Shown: piece after piece, positions 37,544 to 46,025 of the stretch
Position numbering within the stretch: the stretch's first letter is position 1
Layout of the letters: every line of letters starts with the position of its first letter
NCBI GenBank assembly: GCA_036557945.1
Contig: DATBGM010000054.1
Location: 4,188-68,187 of the forward strand
Length of the DNA stretch: 64,000 nt
Direction: 5' to 3'
Source of the DNA: Bryobacteraceae bacterium
GTDB taxonomy: Bacteria > Acidobacteriota > Terriglobia > Bryobacterales > Bryobacteraceae
Made by a program: the position numbers and the translations under genes
Notes under the pieces: model-generated
What the model was told of the DNA's origin: nothing
The model's database searches: none
What the model saw: the letters and a program-made list of their open reading frames with translations, nothing else

Positions 37544-38002
37544 TCAACTCCTTCTTTCCTGATTCCTGGCCGCGAGATGTTCCGTCGCGCGGCCGAACTT
37601 CCTCAACAGACCCGCCAGCGTCCGCCGCTCGCCGGGATTCAGGCATGAAAAAGCCTCCTCCATATCGCGCGCATGCCTTCGAAAAACGCCGGCGATCAGC
37701 TTCGATCCTTTCGCCGTCAGATGCACGATGCGCGCGCGGCGATCCGCCGGCGTATTACGTCGCTCTACCAGTCCGCTTCGCTCCAGCCGGTCCACCGCCG
37801 CCGTCATAGAACCGCTGCTCAGCAGGACTTTCTCCCGCAGCGCGTTCACCGGCAGCGGCCCTTTGTGCAGCAGAGCTTCGAGCACGCCGAAATCGGTCAA
37901 GCCCAATCCCGTCTTTTCAACACTCTTCCGCGCGTGCGTTTCGAGCGTCCGCGTCGCCTTCCAAAGCAGGAGCCAGAGATGAACGCCGGGAAGTGCCTCC
38001 AT
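37544..38002 (-). CDS. MarR family transcriptional regulator
   Basis: Winged-helix pattern LTDFGVLEALLHKGPLPVNALREKVLLSSGSMTAAVDRLERSGLVERR. Confidence 0.85.
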   Translation of the reverse strand: MEALPGVHLWLLLWKATRTLETHARKSVEKTGLGLTDFGVLEALLHKGPLPVNALREKVLLSSGSMTAAVDRLERSGLVERRNTPADRRARIVHLTAKGSKLIAGVFRRHARDMEEAFSCLNPGERRTLAGLLRKFGRATEHLAARNQERRS

Positions 38003-38010
38003 AAGAAACC

Positions 38011-38024
38011 TCTCTATTTAGAGA
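38011..38024. promoter_or_regulatory. 14-bp palindrome TCTCTAttTAGAGA just upstream of marR (candidate operator)
   Basis: Perfect 6-bp arms at 38011-16 and 38019-24, followed by a related imperfect copy ctctatatcgaga at 38027-39. It lies in the marR/aminotransferase divergent region. Confidence 0.3.
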
Positions 38025-38084
38025 TGCTCTATATCGAGATAAGTTGCAAAGACTGCCGTTAACTGCCTGTGTCACAGTAGCTGT

Positions 38085-39257
38085 TTGTACCCCTTTTCGC
38101 AGCGCCTGCCCTGGTCTCACGCGCCGAATGCCCTGAGCCGCGCTGCTGCGGAAAAACGGGCGGCCGGGGCGGCTCTCCTCGATCTCACCATCTCCAATCC
38201 CACCGCCGTTTTTCCTTATCCCCACCACGAAATCGCCGAGGCGCTTTCGTGCTGCCGCGATTTCACTTATCGTCCCGATCCGTTTGGCCTCGAACAGGCG
38301 CGCGCTGCTGTTTCAAGGCTGTATCTTGCGGAAGGTGTCGCGATTTCCACCTCGCGCATTGCGCTTGCCGCGAGCACAAGCGAAGCCTATGCGCTTCTTT
38401 TTAAACTGCTGTGCAATCCCGGAGACGAGCTCCTTGTTCCTGTACCTTCGTATCCGCTCTTCGAATATCTTGCCGCTCTCGAAGGCGTGCGCGTCGTTCC
38501 TTACCGGCTCGAATACGATGGCGCCTGGTTCATCGATTTCGATAATCTGCGCGCAAAGCTTTCAGCGCGCGCGCGTGCCATCGTCATCGTTAATCCGAAT
38601 AACCCGACAGGTTCGTTCCTTAGGAGCTCCGAGTGCGAACGCCTCTTCGAGCTCGCCGCCGGACGCGGGCTGCCCGTTATCTCGGACGAAGTATTCCTCC
38701 ACTTCGAATTCGGCCGTGATCCGGCGCGCGTGAAGTCGCTGGCTTCGTTCCCTCAGATTTTAAGCTTTGCGCTCAATGGTCTGTCCAAAGCGGCCGCCAT
38801 GCCGCAGATGAAACTCGCCTGGATCGTGATCAACGGCCCCGCCCGCGAAATCAGCGCCTCCCGCGAGCGCCTCGAGTTGCTGCTCGATACGTATCTTTCC
38901 GTCAACACGCCCGTGCAACTCGCTCTGCCTGCACTGCTCGAGATCGGCAGAAGGTTACGGGAGCAAATCTTGGCGCGCTGCCTGATAAATCTTCAAAGCG
39001 CTCAGGCAACATTGGCGGGAACTGCCGCTCACGCGCTTCATGTTGAGGGCGGATGGTCCGTCATTCTGCAGTTTCCGAACACGCGTTCCGACGAAGAATG
39101 GACCGCGCGCCTCCTTGCCGAAAAGAACGTGCTCCTGCAACCCGGCTATTTCTTCGACCTGGCCCACCGCGCCTGCGCCGTCGCCAGCCTGATCACGCCC
39201 CCGGAAATATTTCGCGAAGGCCTGCGCCGCGTTGCCGACGTGCTTGCCATCGCCTGA
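38085..39257 (+). CDS. class I/II PLP-dependent aminotransferase
   Basis: Fold-type I pattern with NPNNPTG and the lysine motif SKAAAMPQMKLAW; TTG start. Confidence 0.85.
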   Translation: MYPFSQRLPWSHAPNALSRAAAEKRAAGAALLDLTISNPTAVFPYPHHEIAEALSCCRDFTYRPDPFGLEQARAAVSRLYLAEGVAISTSRIALAASTSEAYALLFKLLCNPGDELLVPVPSYPLFEYLAALEGVRVVPYRLEYDGAWFIDFDNLRAKLSARARAIVIVNPNNPTGSFLRSSECERLFELAAGRGLPVISDEVFLHFEFGRDPARVKSLASFPQILSFALNGLSKAAAMPQMKLAWIVINGPAREISASRERLELLLDTYLSVNTPVQLALPALLEIGRRLREQILARCLINLQSAQATLAGTAAHALHVEGGWSVILQFPNTRSDEEWTARLLAEKNVLLQPGYFFDLAHRACAVASLITPPEIFREGLRRVADVLAIA

Positions 39258-39348
39258 GTTCCCTGCCCGTCGGGAAAGCGCCCCCGGGAACTCCCGCTTC
39301 CTTTTCCTCGTACTGTTTAGTTAACGTAATTACCAGGAGTCACGCTCG

Positions 39349-39810
39349 TTGCCGTTTTGCACCAATTGCGGATCTGCCGTCGACCCGCTCGCTTCTTTCT
39401 GCTCACAATGCGGACGGCCGCAACCGTCTCGTGCCACCCCGCCTTTCAGCGACGTGCTCGAGGGCATGAGCGACCGCACCGCTTCCATCCTTTGCTATAT
39501 CCCGGTATTCGGCGTGATTCCGGCTATCGTTTTTCTGGCTTCGCAGAAATTTCGCCATAACGCCAAAATTCGCTTCAACGCTTTTCAGTCCTTGTATCTG
39601 TTCGTCGCCTGGCTGATTATTTCTTCCGCGCTGCCCGTCTTTATTGTCGGTCTGCCCGGGTGGGGCGTCGAACACACCCTTGTCGATGCCCTGAAACTGG
39701 TCGTGCTCATCTGCTGGATCTATTTGCTGATAAAGGCGGCTAACCAGGAACAGGTTCGTTTGCCTATTATCGGCGATCTCGCCGCCCGGTCGACGATGGA
39801 GCAGCTATAG
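39349..39810 (+). CDS. zinc-ribbon membrane protein (DUF4870-like)
   Basis: N-terminal FCTNCG...FCSQCG zinc ribbon followed by three hydrophobic helices. TTG start 9 nt after AGGAG. Confidence 0.6.
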   Translation: MPFCTNCGSAVDPLASFCSQCGRPQPSRATPPFSDVLEGMSDRTASILCYIPVFGVIPAIVFLASQKFRHNAKIRFNAFQSLYLFVAWLIISSALPVFIVGLPGWGVEHTLVDALKLVVLICWIYLLIKAANQEQVRLPIIGDLAARSTMEQL

Positions 39811-39817
39811 CGCGGTT

Positions 39818-39826
39818 TGGTATAAT
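39818..39826 (+). promoter_or_regulatory. extended -10 box TGgTATAAT upstream of argC
   Basis: Exact TGnTATAAT at 39818-39826, 11 nt before the argC GTG at 39838, with no SD in between. Confidence 0.4.
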
Positions 39827-39837
39827 TATTCATTCCG

Positions 39838-40860
39838 GTGAATAATTACTCAGAAAAGCACTCCGTCGGAATTGCAGGATTCCGCGGCTATAGCGGCGCT
39901 GAGCTCGTCCGTATTTTGCAGCACCATCCGGCCATCGACCCGGTTCTATTGGAGCACCGTGAGGATCCGGAAGCGCCCCACGGTCCGCTCGGCCGGAAAC
40001 CGCCCCGCGTCATCGCTGCTACGGCCGAGGCAATCGCCCGCGAAAAACTGGAAGTCGTGCTGCTGGCGACCCCGCATACCGTCTCACTCGAGCTGACGGG
40101 GGCAGTCTTGGGCACAGGTGCCCGGGTCATCGACCTGAGCGGTGCATTCCGCCTGCGCGATGGCGAAACTTTCTCGCGCTGGTATAAAGAGCGCCATACG
40201 CAACCGGAGCTGCTGGCTCAGGCTGTTTACGGATTGCCGGAATTCTACCGCGACCAGATCCGGAATGCGCGGCTGGTGGCGAATCCCGGCTGTTATCCCA
40301 CCGCGGCCAACCTGGCAATCCGGCCTCTTTTGCAGGCGCAGGTGGTCGATCGCACGCGCGGTGTTATCTGCGATGCCAAATCGGGAGTGAGTGGCGCCGG
40401 CCGTAAGGCCATGCTGCGCACCAGCTTCTGCGAAGCCGCCGAAAACTTCAGCGTTTATGGAATCACCGAGCACCGGCACGTGCCCGAAGTGCTCGAGCAT
40501 TCCGGTCTCGGAGAGCGCGAGTTCACCTTTACCGCGCATCTGCTGCCGGTCACGCGGGGCATTCTGGAGACGATCTACATCCGCACTGAGCGGATTGCGC
40601 AAGCCGTCGATCTGCTCTCGGTCTACGAAGATGCCTACGAGCGCGAACCGTTTGTGCGCCTGTATGCGCCGGGCAAGGTGCCCGACCTGCGTGCCGTGCA
40701 GCATACAAATTTCTGCGACATCGGCTTCGTATTTGACGCCGAGAGCCAGCGCGCGGTAATTGTCGCTGCGGAAGACAACCTGGTAAAGGGCGCAGCCGGC
40801 CAGGCCGTGCAAAATCTGAACCTCATGCTCGATCTGCCCGAAACAGCCGGACTGCTATGA
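39838..40860 (+). CDS. argC: N-acetyl-gamma-glutamyl-phosphate reductase
   Basis: VGIAGFRGYSGAELVRIL N-terminus and active-site NPGCYPTAA. Confidence 0.93.
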   Translation: MNNYSEKHSVGIAGFRGYSGAELVRILQHHPAIDPVLLEHREDPEAPHGPLGRKPPRVIAATAEAIAREKLEVVLLATPHTVSLELTGAVLGTGARVIDLSGAFRLRDGETFSRWYKERHTQPELLAQAVYGLPEFYRDQIRNARLVANPGCYPTAANLAIRPLLQAQVVDRTRGVICDAKSGVSGAGRKAMLRTSFCEAAENFSVYGITEHRHVPEVLEHSGLGEREFTFTAHLLPVTRGILETIYIRTERIAQAVDLLSVYEDAYEREPFVRLYAPGKVPDLRAVQHTNFCDIGFVFDAESQRAVIVAAEDNLVKGAAGQAVQNLNLMLDLPETAGLL

Positions 40861-41648
40861 AGATTTTGGTGAAAGTCGGCGGCACACTGCTCGATGAGCG
40901 GCAAAGCCGGGCGGATATCGCCGGACAACTCGCGTCGCTCGCGCGCGCTTACCAGCTCGTGGTTGTACACGGCGGCGGTAAACAGCTCACACGCTACCTG
41001 GAAGAGCGCGGCATCGCCAGCCGCTTCGTCAACGGCTTGCGTGTATCGGACGAGCGCGTGATCGATGCCGCCAGCAAAGTGATTGCGGGTAGCGTGAACA
41101 AGCAGTTCGTCGCAAGCCTGAGTGCCGCCGGGCAAACGGCCGTCGGCTTGAGCGGAGTGGACGGCGCGCTCACGCTGGCGCGGCAGATGAACGCCGAGCT
41201 CGAATTTGTCGGTGCCCCCGTTCGCTCCAATGGCGATCTTCTGCGGCTGTTGAGCGCCGCGGGTTACCTGCCGGTGGTGGCCTGCCTGGCTGCCGGCGAC
41301 AATGGCCGGATTTACAATGTCAACGCGGACCAGATGGCGGTCTCCTGCGCCATTGCCTATGGTGCGCAAAAGCTGCTGTTTCTGACGGATGTGCCGGGCG
41401 TAAAAGATGCAGCGGGAAAGGTGCTGCCGCATCTCGATCCGGATGGAATCAGCGGGCTGATCCGTTCCGGTGTGGCCTCGGGCGGCATGCAGGCCAAGCT
41501 CGAGGCAGGTGTAGCAGCGCTCGCACAGGGCGTGGAAGAAGTAATCGTGGCGCCCGGACACCTGCACGAGGTGTGCGCGAAGATTTTGGCGGGCGAGCCG
41601 CTCGGAACCAGGCTGCTCGCCTCAGCGCCGGTCGAGGACGCCGTCTGA
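40857..41648 (+). CDS. argB: acetylglutamate kinase
   Basis: VVVHGGGKQLT, NGLRVSD and NVNADQMA motifs. It overlaps argC by 4 nt. Confidence 0.93.
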   Translation: MKILVKVGGTLLDERQSRADIAGQLASLARAYQLVVVHGGGKQLTRYLEERGIASRFVNGLRVSDERVIDAASKVIAGSVNKQFVASLSAAGQTAVGLSGVDGALTLARQMNAELEFVGAPVRSNGDLLRLLSAAGYLPVVACLAAGDNGRIYNVNADQMAVSCAIAYGAQKLLFLTDVPGVKDAAGKVLPHLDPDGISGLIRSGVASGGMQAKLEAGVAALAQGVEEVIVAPGHLHEVCAKILAGEPLGTRLLASAPVEDAV

Positions 41649-42199
41649 TGACAATGACTCCGGCTGCATTGGCGGTGCGCAAGGCGTCTATGCGCGACAT
41701 CCCGAACATTCTGGCGCTCATCAATGCCTATGCGGCAGACGGCGTGATGCTGCCCCGAACTGAATTCGAGTTGTCCGAAAATATTCGCGATTTTTCCTGC
41801 GCCTATGATGGCGGCACACTCGCTGGCTGCGGTGCACTGCATTTTTATAGCCCGCTGAGCGCTGAAGTGCGTTCTCTCGCAGTGCGGCCGGATTCCAAGA
41901 GGCTGGGCGTGGGGCGGGCCCTGGTCGAAGCGCTCGAAGCCGAAGCACGCGAACAGAATCTGGCTTCGATCTTTGCATTTACTTATGTGCCTGGATTCTT
42001 TCAAAAGCTTGGGTTCCGCGAAGTGGAGCGGGGCGAGCTTCCGCTCAAGGTATGGAAGGACTGCCTGCGCTGCTCTAAATTTCGCAGTTGTGACGAGATT
42101 GCCGTCCTGAAGCGTTTGCGGCCGGCACTCTCGAGCGAGGCGCTCGGCGACAGCCATGAATTTGTGGCGTTTCCTATCCTGGCAGCGCGAACCAGGTAA
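41648..42199 (+). CDS. GNAT acetyltransferase, short ArgA-like (putative N-acetylglutamate synthase)
   Basis: The ATG overlaps the argB stop (TGATG). GNAT core SLAVRPDSKRLGVGRALVEALEAEA. The C-terminal KVWKDCLRCSKFRSCDE is typical of COG1246-type ArgA-like proteins. Confidence 0.7.
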   Translation: MTMTPAALAVRKASMRDIPNILALINAYAADGVMLPRTEFELSENIRDFSCAYDGGTLAGCGALHFYSPLSAEVRSLAVRPDSKRLGVGRALVEALEAEAREQNLASIFAFTYVPGFFQKLGFREVERGELPLKVWKDCLRCSKFRSCDEIAVLKRLRPALSSEALGDSHEFVAFPILAARTR

Positions 42200-42286
42200 A
42201 AATTACTTAATCTATTTCCGCGGTTTCGCTCCAAATTCGCTGTTCCTCGGAAAATTCCTAAGTAAGAACTGCTCGAAACATAATTT

Positions 42287-42353
42287 AGTACTAGATTTCT
42301 AATGAAAAGTACCGCTATACTCGGTACCAAATGTTCTAGTACTTGCCCTTTTT
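42287..42353 (+). terminator. nested AT-rich hairpin followed by a T5 tract (terminator or attenuator)
   Basis: agtactaga (42287-95) pairs with tctagtact (42335-43); the inner pair is gtaccg (42309-14) with cggtac (42322-27). ccttttt ends at 42353, 20 nt before the next ATG. Confidence 0.35.
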
Positions 42354-42373
42354 GTAGAGAGGAAAGTTTCAAA

Positions 42374-43345
42374 ATGCGAGCTCTTACCTTGGATGTTCAG
42401 CAATCAGCCGGGCGCATACTCTGCTGCACCATCTTCCGGCCAGGCGGACGAAAACTGCTGGCGAAAGGACACGTCCTGAGTGATGAAGACGTGCGTCTCT
42501 TACAGACCGAAGGCATGCAGCAGGTTTGGGTAACGGAGCTGGAAGAAGGTGAAGTCGGGGAAGACCAGGCCGTTATGGATGTGGCGCAGGCCATGTGTTG
42601 CGGCTCGGTGGAAATCCGCCTGGCTGCCGGTGGCCGGGCCAATCTGATGGCAACCGCTAATTCCTGCGCGCTGGTGGATGATGAGTTGCTGCGGCAGATC
42701 AACTGCGCGAGCAGCATTGCCATTGCGACCGTGCCGAACTATCACTATGTAAGAGCCGGTGAGCGGATGGCCACCATCAAGAGCGCGCCCTTTGCCGTCT
42801 CGCAGGCGCAACTGGAAGCAGTACTGTCCATCCTGAACGAGCGCGGCGCAATCTTGCAGGCGCGTCCGATTCATGACACTGATGTGGGGGTGCTCTATAC
42901 CGATCCGGTGCACGGTGACAGGGCCCGCACCCTGTTTGAAGGCGTTGTGCGCACGCGTGTCGAGCGCTTCGGCGGTAACTTGCGTTATGCGTTGTCTGCG
43001 GTAGAGGAGGAAGAGCAGGTCGCGCGAGCGTTGCAGCATCTGCTGCGGCCCAAGCCCGCGGTAATACTGGTCGCCTCCACAACCGCACCCGCCGGACCCG
43101 AAGATGTCATCGGGCGTGCGCTCGCTCGCCTTGGCGCACACCTCGAGCGTTTTCTCGCGCCGGTCGAGCCCGGCAATCTGATGATGTTGAGCTACAAGGA
43201 AAATATTCCGATCGTCTCCGCGCCGTGCTGCTTCCGTTCGGCGAAACCCAACGTGCTCGATCTCATTCTGCCGGCCATGCTGGCAAAATATCGAATCTCA
43301 GGCTGGGAGATCGCTTGCCTGGGACACGGCGGTTTGCTGAACTGA
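42374..43345 (+). CDS. molybdopterin-binding-fold (MoeA/CinA-like) protein, function uncertain
   Basis: ATG at 42374 after GAGAGG. The C-terminal part (VILVASTTAPAGPEDV...VEPGNLMMLSYKENIPIVSAPCCF) resembles MoCF-biosynthesis-type domains. The assignment is weak. Confidence 0.4.
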   Translation: MRALTLDVQQSAGRILCCTIFRPGGRKLLAKGHVLSDEDVRLLQTEGMQQVWVTELEEGEVGEDQAVMDVAQAMCCGSVEIRLAAGGRANLMATANSCALVDDELLRQINCASSIAIATVPNYHYVRAGERMATIKSAPFAVSQAQLEAVLSILNERGAILQARPIHDTDVGVLYTDPVHGDRARTLFEGVVRTRVERFGGNLRYALSAVEEEEQVARALQHLLRPKPAVILVASTTAPAGPEDVIGRALARLGAHLERFLAPVEPGNLMMLSYKENIPIVSAPCCFRSAKPNVLDLILPAMLAKYRISGWEIACLGHGGLLN

Positions 43346-43357
43346 AGCTCGGCGGAA

Positions 43358-43397
43358 GGCAGTGCCGCTCAACCTCCGGCGGCACTGCCCTCTTTTT
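43358..43397. terminator. intrinsic terminator between convergent genes
   Basis: ggcagtgccgc (43358-68) pairs perfectly with gcggcactgcc (43379-89), followed by ctcttttt. Confidence 0.7.
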
Positions 43398-43403
43398 GCG
43401 CAG

Positions 43404-44522
43404 TTACTGACCTGTTTTGTGCACGACAAGGCAAGTAATATCATCGTGCTGCGAAGCGGAACCTACGAATTGATCGACTGAGGTCATCAGACCCTGGAGC
43501 ATCCGGCCCGCTGACGTAACGGCATAATTGTTCAGCGTTGCGAACATGCGCGCTTCTCCGTATTCCTCCTCGCGATCGTTTTCCGCCTCGACCAGGCCGT
43601 CGGTGAAAATGAGCAGCGTATCGCCGGCACTCAGCACAGCTTCGCCGCATTGGTAACAGGCGTTGGGCAAAAGACCGATCGGTAGGCCTCCCGTTTCAAG
43701 CCGCTCCGTAATCCCCGAAGCATGCCGCAGGACCGGCCAGTTGTGGCCCGCATTGATGTACACGAGCCGGCGGCCGGCTTGATCCAGTTCGGCAAGAAAG
43801 ACAGTCGTGAAACGCTGTCCGCCGGCATTCTGTTCGCAGGCATAACGGTTCAGCCGTTCCATCAGTTCGGCAACGCTTGTGCAAACGCCCGCCAGAGTGC
43901 GCAGGCTCGCTCGCAGCGTTGCCATGAGCAGCGCCGCCGGGACACTCTTACCCGCCACATCGGCGACAACCAGAATCAGCGATCCGTCCGTGCGCACAAA
44001 CGTGTCGTAGTAATCGCCTGCCACCGTGTTCGCGGGGCGAGTGGCGAAGGCAATCTCCAGGCCCGGTATTTGCGGAGGCGCAGCCGGCATCAGCCAGCTT
44101 TGGATTTCTTTCGCGATTTCCAGGTCGCGTTTCATGGTGACGCGGTCGGCCAGCTCGAGGGCAAACAGCACCAGCAGAATGATCCCGCCAAAAAACGCGA
44201 GGTTCGGCATCCGTGCTTCCGCCTGGCCATAGCGAAAATCCAAACCGGGGAAGATCAGCAGTATCAGCGCGGCGATGAAAAGTACGCGCCGCGCCGGTGA
44301 AAGCTTGAGCACCATCGCCCAGAACAGCCCGCGAGCGACGCGCTTGAACCTTCGCCAGCGCGTCTCGTCCTCTCCCCTGCTCCAATCGACTTCTCGCGAA
44401 TACAGCCGATAGCCCGCCCGCGCGTCGCTTTGAAACTGGAGCCAGAGCTGCTGAATAGCGACACCCTCGGTAATTTCCTGCCAGAAAGCACGCGTGCGGC
44501 TAGCCATGCTTTGAGTTTGCAT
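43404..44522 (-). CDS. membrane-anchored PP2C/SpoIIE-family protein phosphatase (RsbU-like)
   Basis: AGDYYDTF...LILVVADVAGKSVPAALLMATL and TDGLVEAEN motifs; N-terminal TM helices. Confidence 0.8.
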   Translation of the reverse strand: MQTQSMASRTRAFWQEITEGVAIQQLWLQFQSDARAGYRLYSREVDWSRGEDETRWRRFKRVARGLFWAMVLKLSPARRVLFIAALILLIFPGLDFRYGQAEARMPNLAFFGGIILLVLFALELADRVTMKRDLEIAKEIQSWLMPAAPPQIPGLEIAFATRPANTVAGDYYDTFVRTDGSLILVVADVAGKSVPAALLMATLRASLRTLAGVCTSVAELMERLNRYACEQNAGGQRFTTVFLAELDQAGRRLVYINAGHNWPVLRHASGITERLETGGLPIGLLPNACYQCGEAVLSAGDTLLIFTDGLVEAENDREEEYGEARMFATLNNYAVTSAGRMLQGLMTSVDQFVGSASQHDDITCLVVHKTGQ

Positions 44523-44639
44523 CGTCTGGCTGGCGATTTGCAGGAGCTAAGCGAAATAACGCGGAGCCGGTGGTGCTGCCGGCGCGCCGCATCGTGCGCC
44601 GGATTTCACGCTTACTGCTGTTCTCCTGAGCGCGCCTTC

Positions 44640-45953
44640 TCAGCCGCTGGTCAGAATCCGGCTGATGTCGTTGTAAATCACGAACACCATCACCATCATC
44701 AGAAACACAAAGCCGACTTTGAAGATGTTCTCGCGTAACTGCAGGCTCATCTCGCGCTGCATGATCATCTCAATGAGCAGCATCAGCAGCGTGCCGCCAT
44801 CGAGCACAGGCACCGGCAGCAGATTGATGATCGCAAGCTGCAGGCTGACAATCGCCATCAGGAACAGGTAATTCCACGCTCCCGCCTGCGCCGCCTCGCT
44901 CGACATCTGCGCAATGCCGATCGGTCCCGAAACCGACTTTGTCGATACGCGCCGCTCGATTAAGCTGCCGAGCACCTGGAACAGCATGAGCGCGTTCTGG
45001 CGGTTGAACTTCAGCGATTGTTCGAGCGCCGGGCCGAGGCCGAGCTTCACGAATCGAACCGGCATCTTGAAGGTGATGCCGATGAGCCAGGGTGCTTTCG
45101 CATTGCCGCTGGCACGCGCAGCAATGGTAAATTCTTTCGTCTCACCCCGCCGCAAGACTTCAAATTGAAGCGGCTTGCCGTTGGAACGAAAGACGGTCTG
45201 TTGAATCCCAATGGTTGACGTAACCGGCTGCCCGTTTATCTTTGTAAAGACGTCTCCGGACCGAAGACCGGCCGCTTCCGCAGGCGAGCCTTTCTGCACA
45301 TCGCCAACCTGCACGTCCTGGTTACCGCTCCAGCCGGCATCGCCAATGCCCTGCTTCTCGTCCATGCGCGGCGTGACGGTGGTAGAAATGCGGTCGCCGT
45401 GGCGTTCTACCGTCACCGGAATGGCATGATTGGCGTTCAGCATTTCCTGCGTCAGAACATAGTCCCAGTTCGGATGCTCTTTGCCCGAGATGCCAACGAT
45501 CTTGTCTCCCGATTTGAGGCCGGCGTGAGCTGCGGCCGAATTAGGAGCCACCACGCTGATTATGGGATCGGTGCTGTCGGCTTCCTGCGGGAAGGCGTAC
45601 ATATATAAGCCGGTCACCAGGCCGATCGCGAGCAGCACGTTCATCAGCGGGCCGGCCACAATAACAATCGCCCGTTGCCAGCGCGCCTTCGCCTGAAAAG
45701 AGCGCGGGTCGGCGACCTGTGTATCGCCCGGCTGCTCGCCCAGCATGCGCACGTACCCGCCGAAAAAGATGGCTGAAACCCGAAAGTCTGTATCACCGCG
45801 CCGAATGCCGAACAGCCGCGGTCCGAAGCCGATGCTGAATGTTTCAACTTTGACGCCGACCGCGAGCGCCGCCCAAAAATGCCCGAGCTCGTGAATCAGG
45901 ATCATGACTCCGAGCAGAATCACGACCCAGAAAACCGGCTGCAAAAAACTCAC
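44640..45953 (-). CDS. rseP: RIP metalloprotease RseP (site-2 protease, M50)
   Basis: HELGHF motif, PDZ-like regions, C-terminal NLLPVPVLDGG. Confidence 0.9.
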   Translation of the reverse strand: MSFLQPVFWVVILLGVMILIHELGHFWAALAVGVKVETFSIGFGPRLFGIRRGDTDFRVSAIFFGGYVRMLGEQPGDTQVADPRSFQAKARWQRAIVIVAGPLMNVLLAIGLVTGLYMYAFPQEADSTDPIISVVAPNSAAAHAGLKSGDKIVGISGKEHPNWDYVLTQEMLNANHAIPVTVERHGDRISTTVTPRMDEKQGIGDAGWSGNQDVQVGDVQKGSPAEAAGLRSGDVFTKINGQPVTSTIGIQQTVFRSNGKPLQFEVLRRGETKEFTIAARASGNAKAPWLIGITFKMPVRFVKLGLGPALEQSLKFNRQNALMLFQVLGSLIERRVSTKSVSGPIGIAQMSSEAAQAGAWNYLFLMAIVSLQLAIINLLPVPVLDGGTLLMLLIEMIMQREMSLQLRENIFKVGFVFLMMVMVFVIYNDISRILTSG

Positions 45954-46025
45954 GCGCTAATCCTCATTCTTTTCAGACTGCTGCTTTCTCTCCAGGTAAT
46001 AAGACGCAATGGCGACGGTTCCGGT

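Noticed and set aside
42302-42373. N-terminal extension MKSTAILGTKCSSTCPFCREESFK (CxxxCxxC) of the 42374 gene, as given by the ORF track.
   Set aside because: The extension is AT-rich with A/T-ending codons, unlike every confident gene in the window, and it overlaps the hairpin/T-tract element. GAGAGG sits at the right distance from the ATG at 42374.
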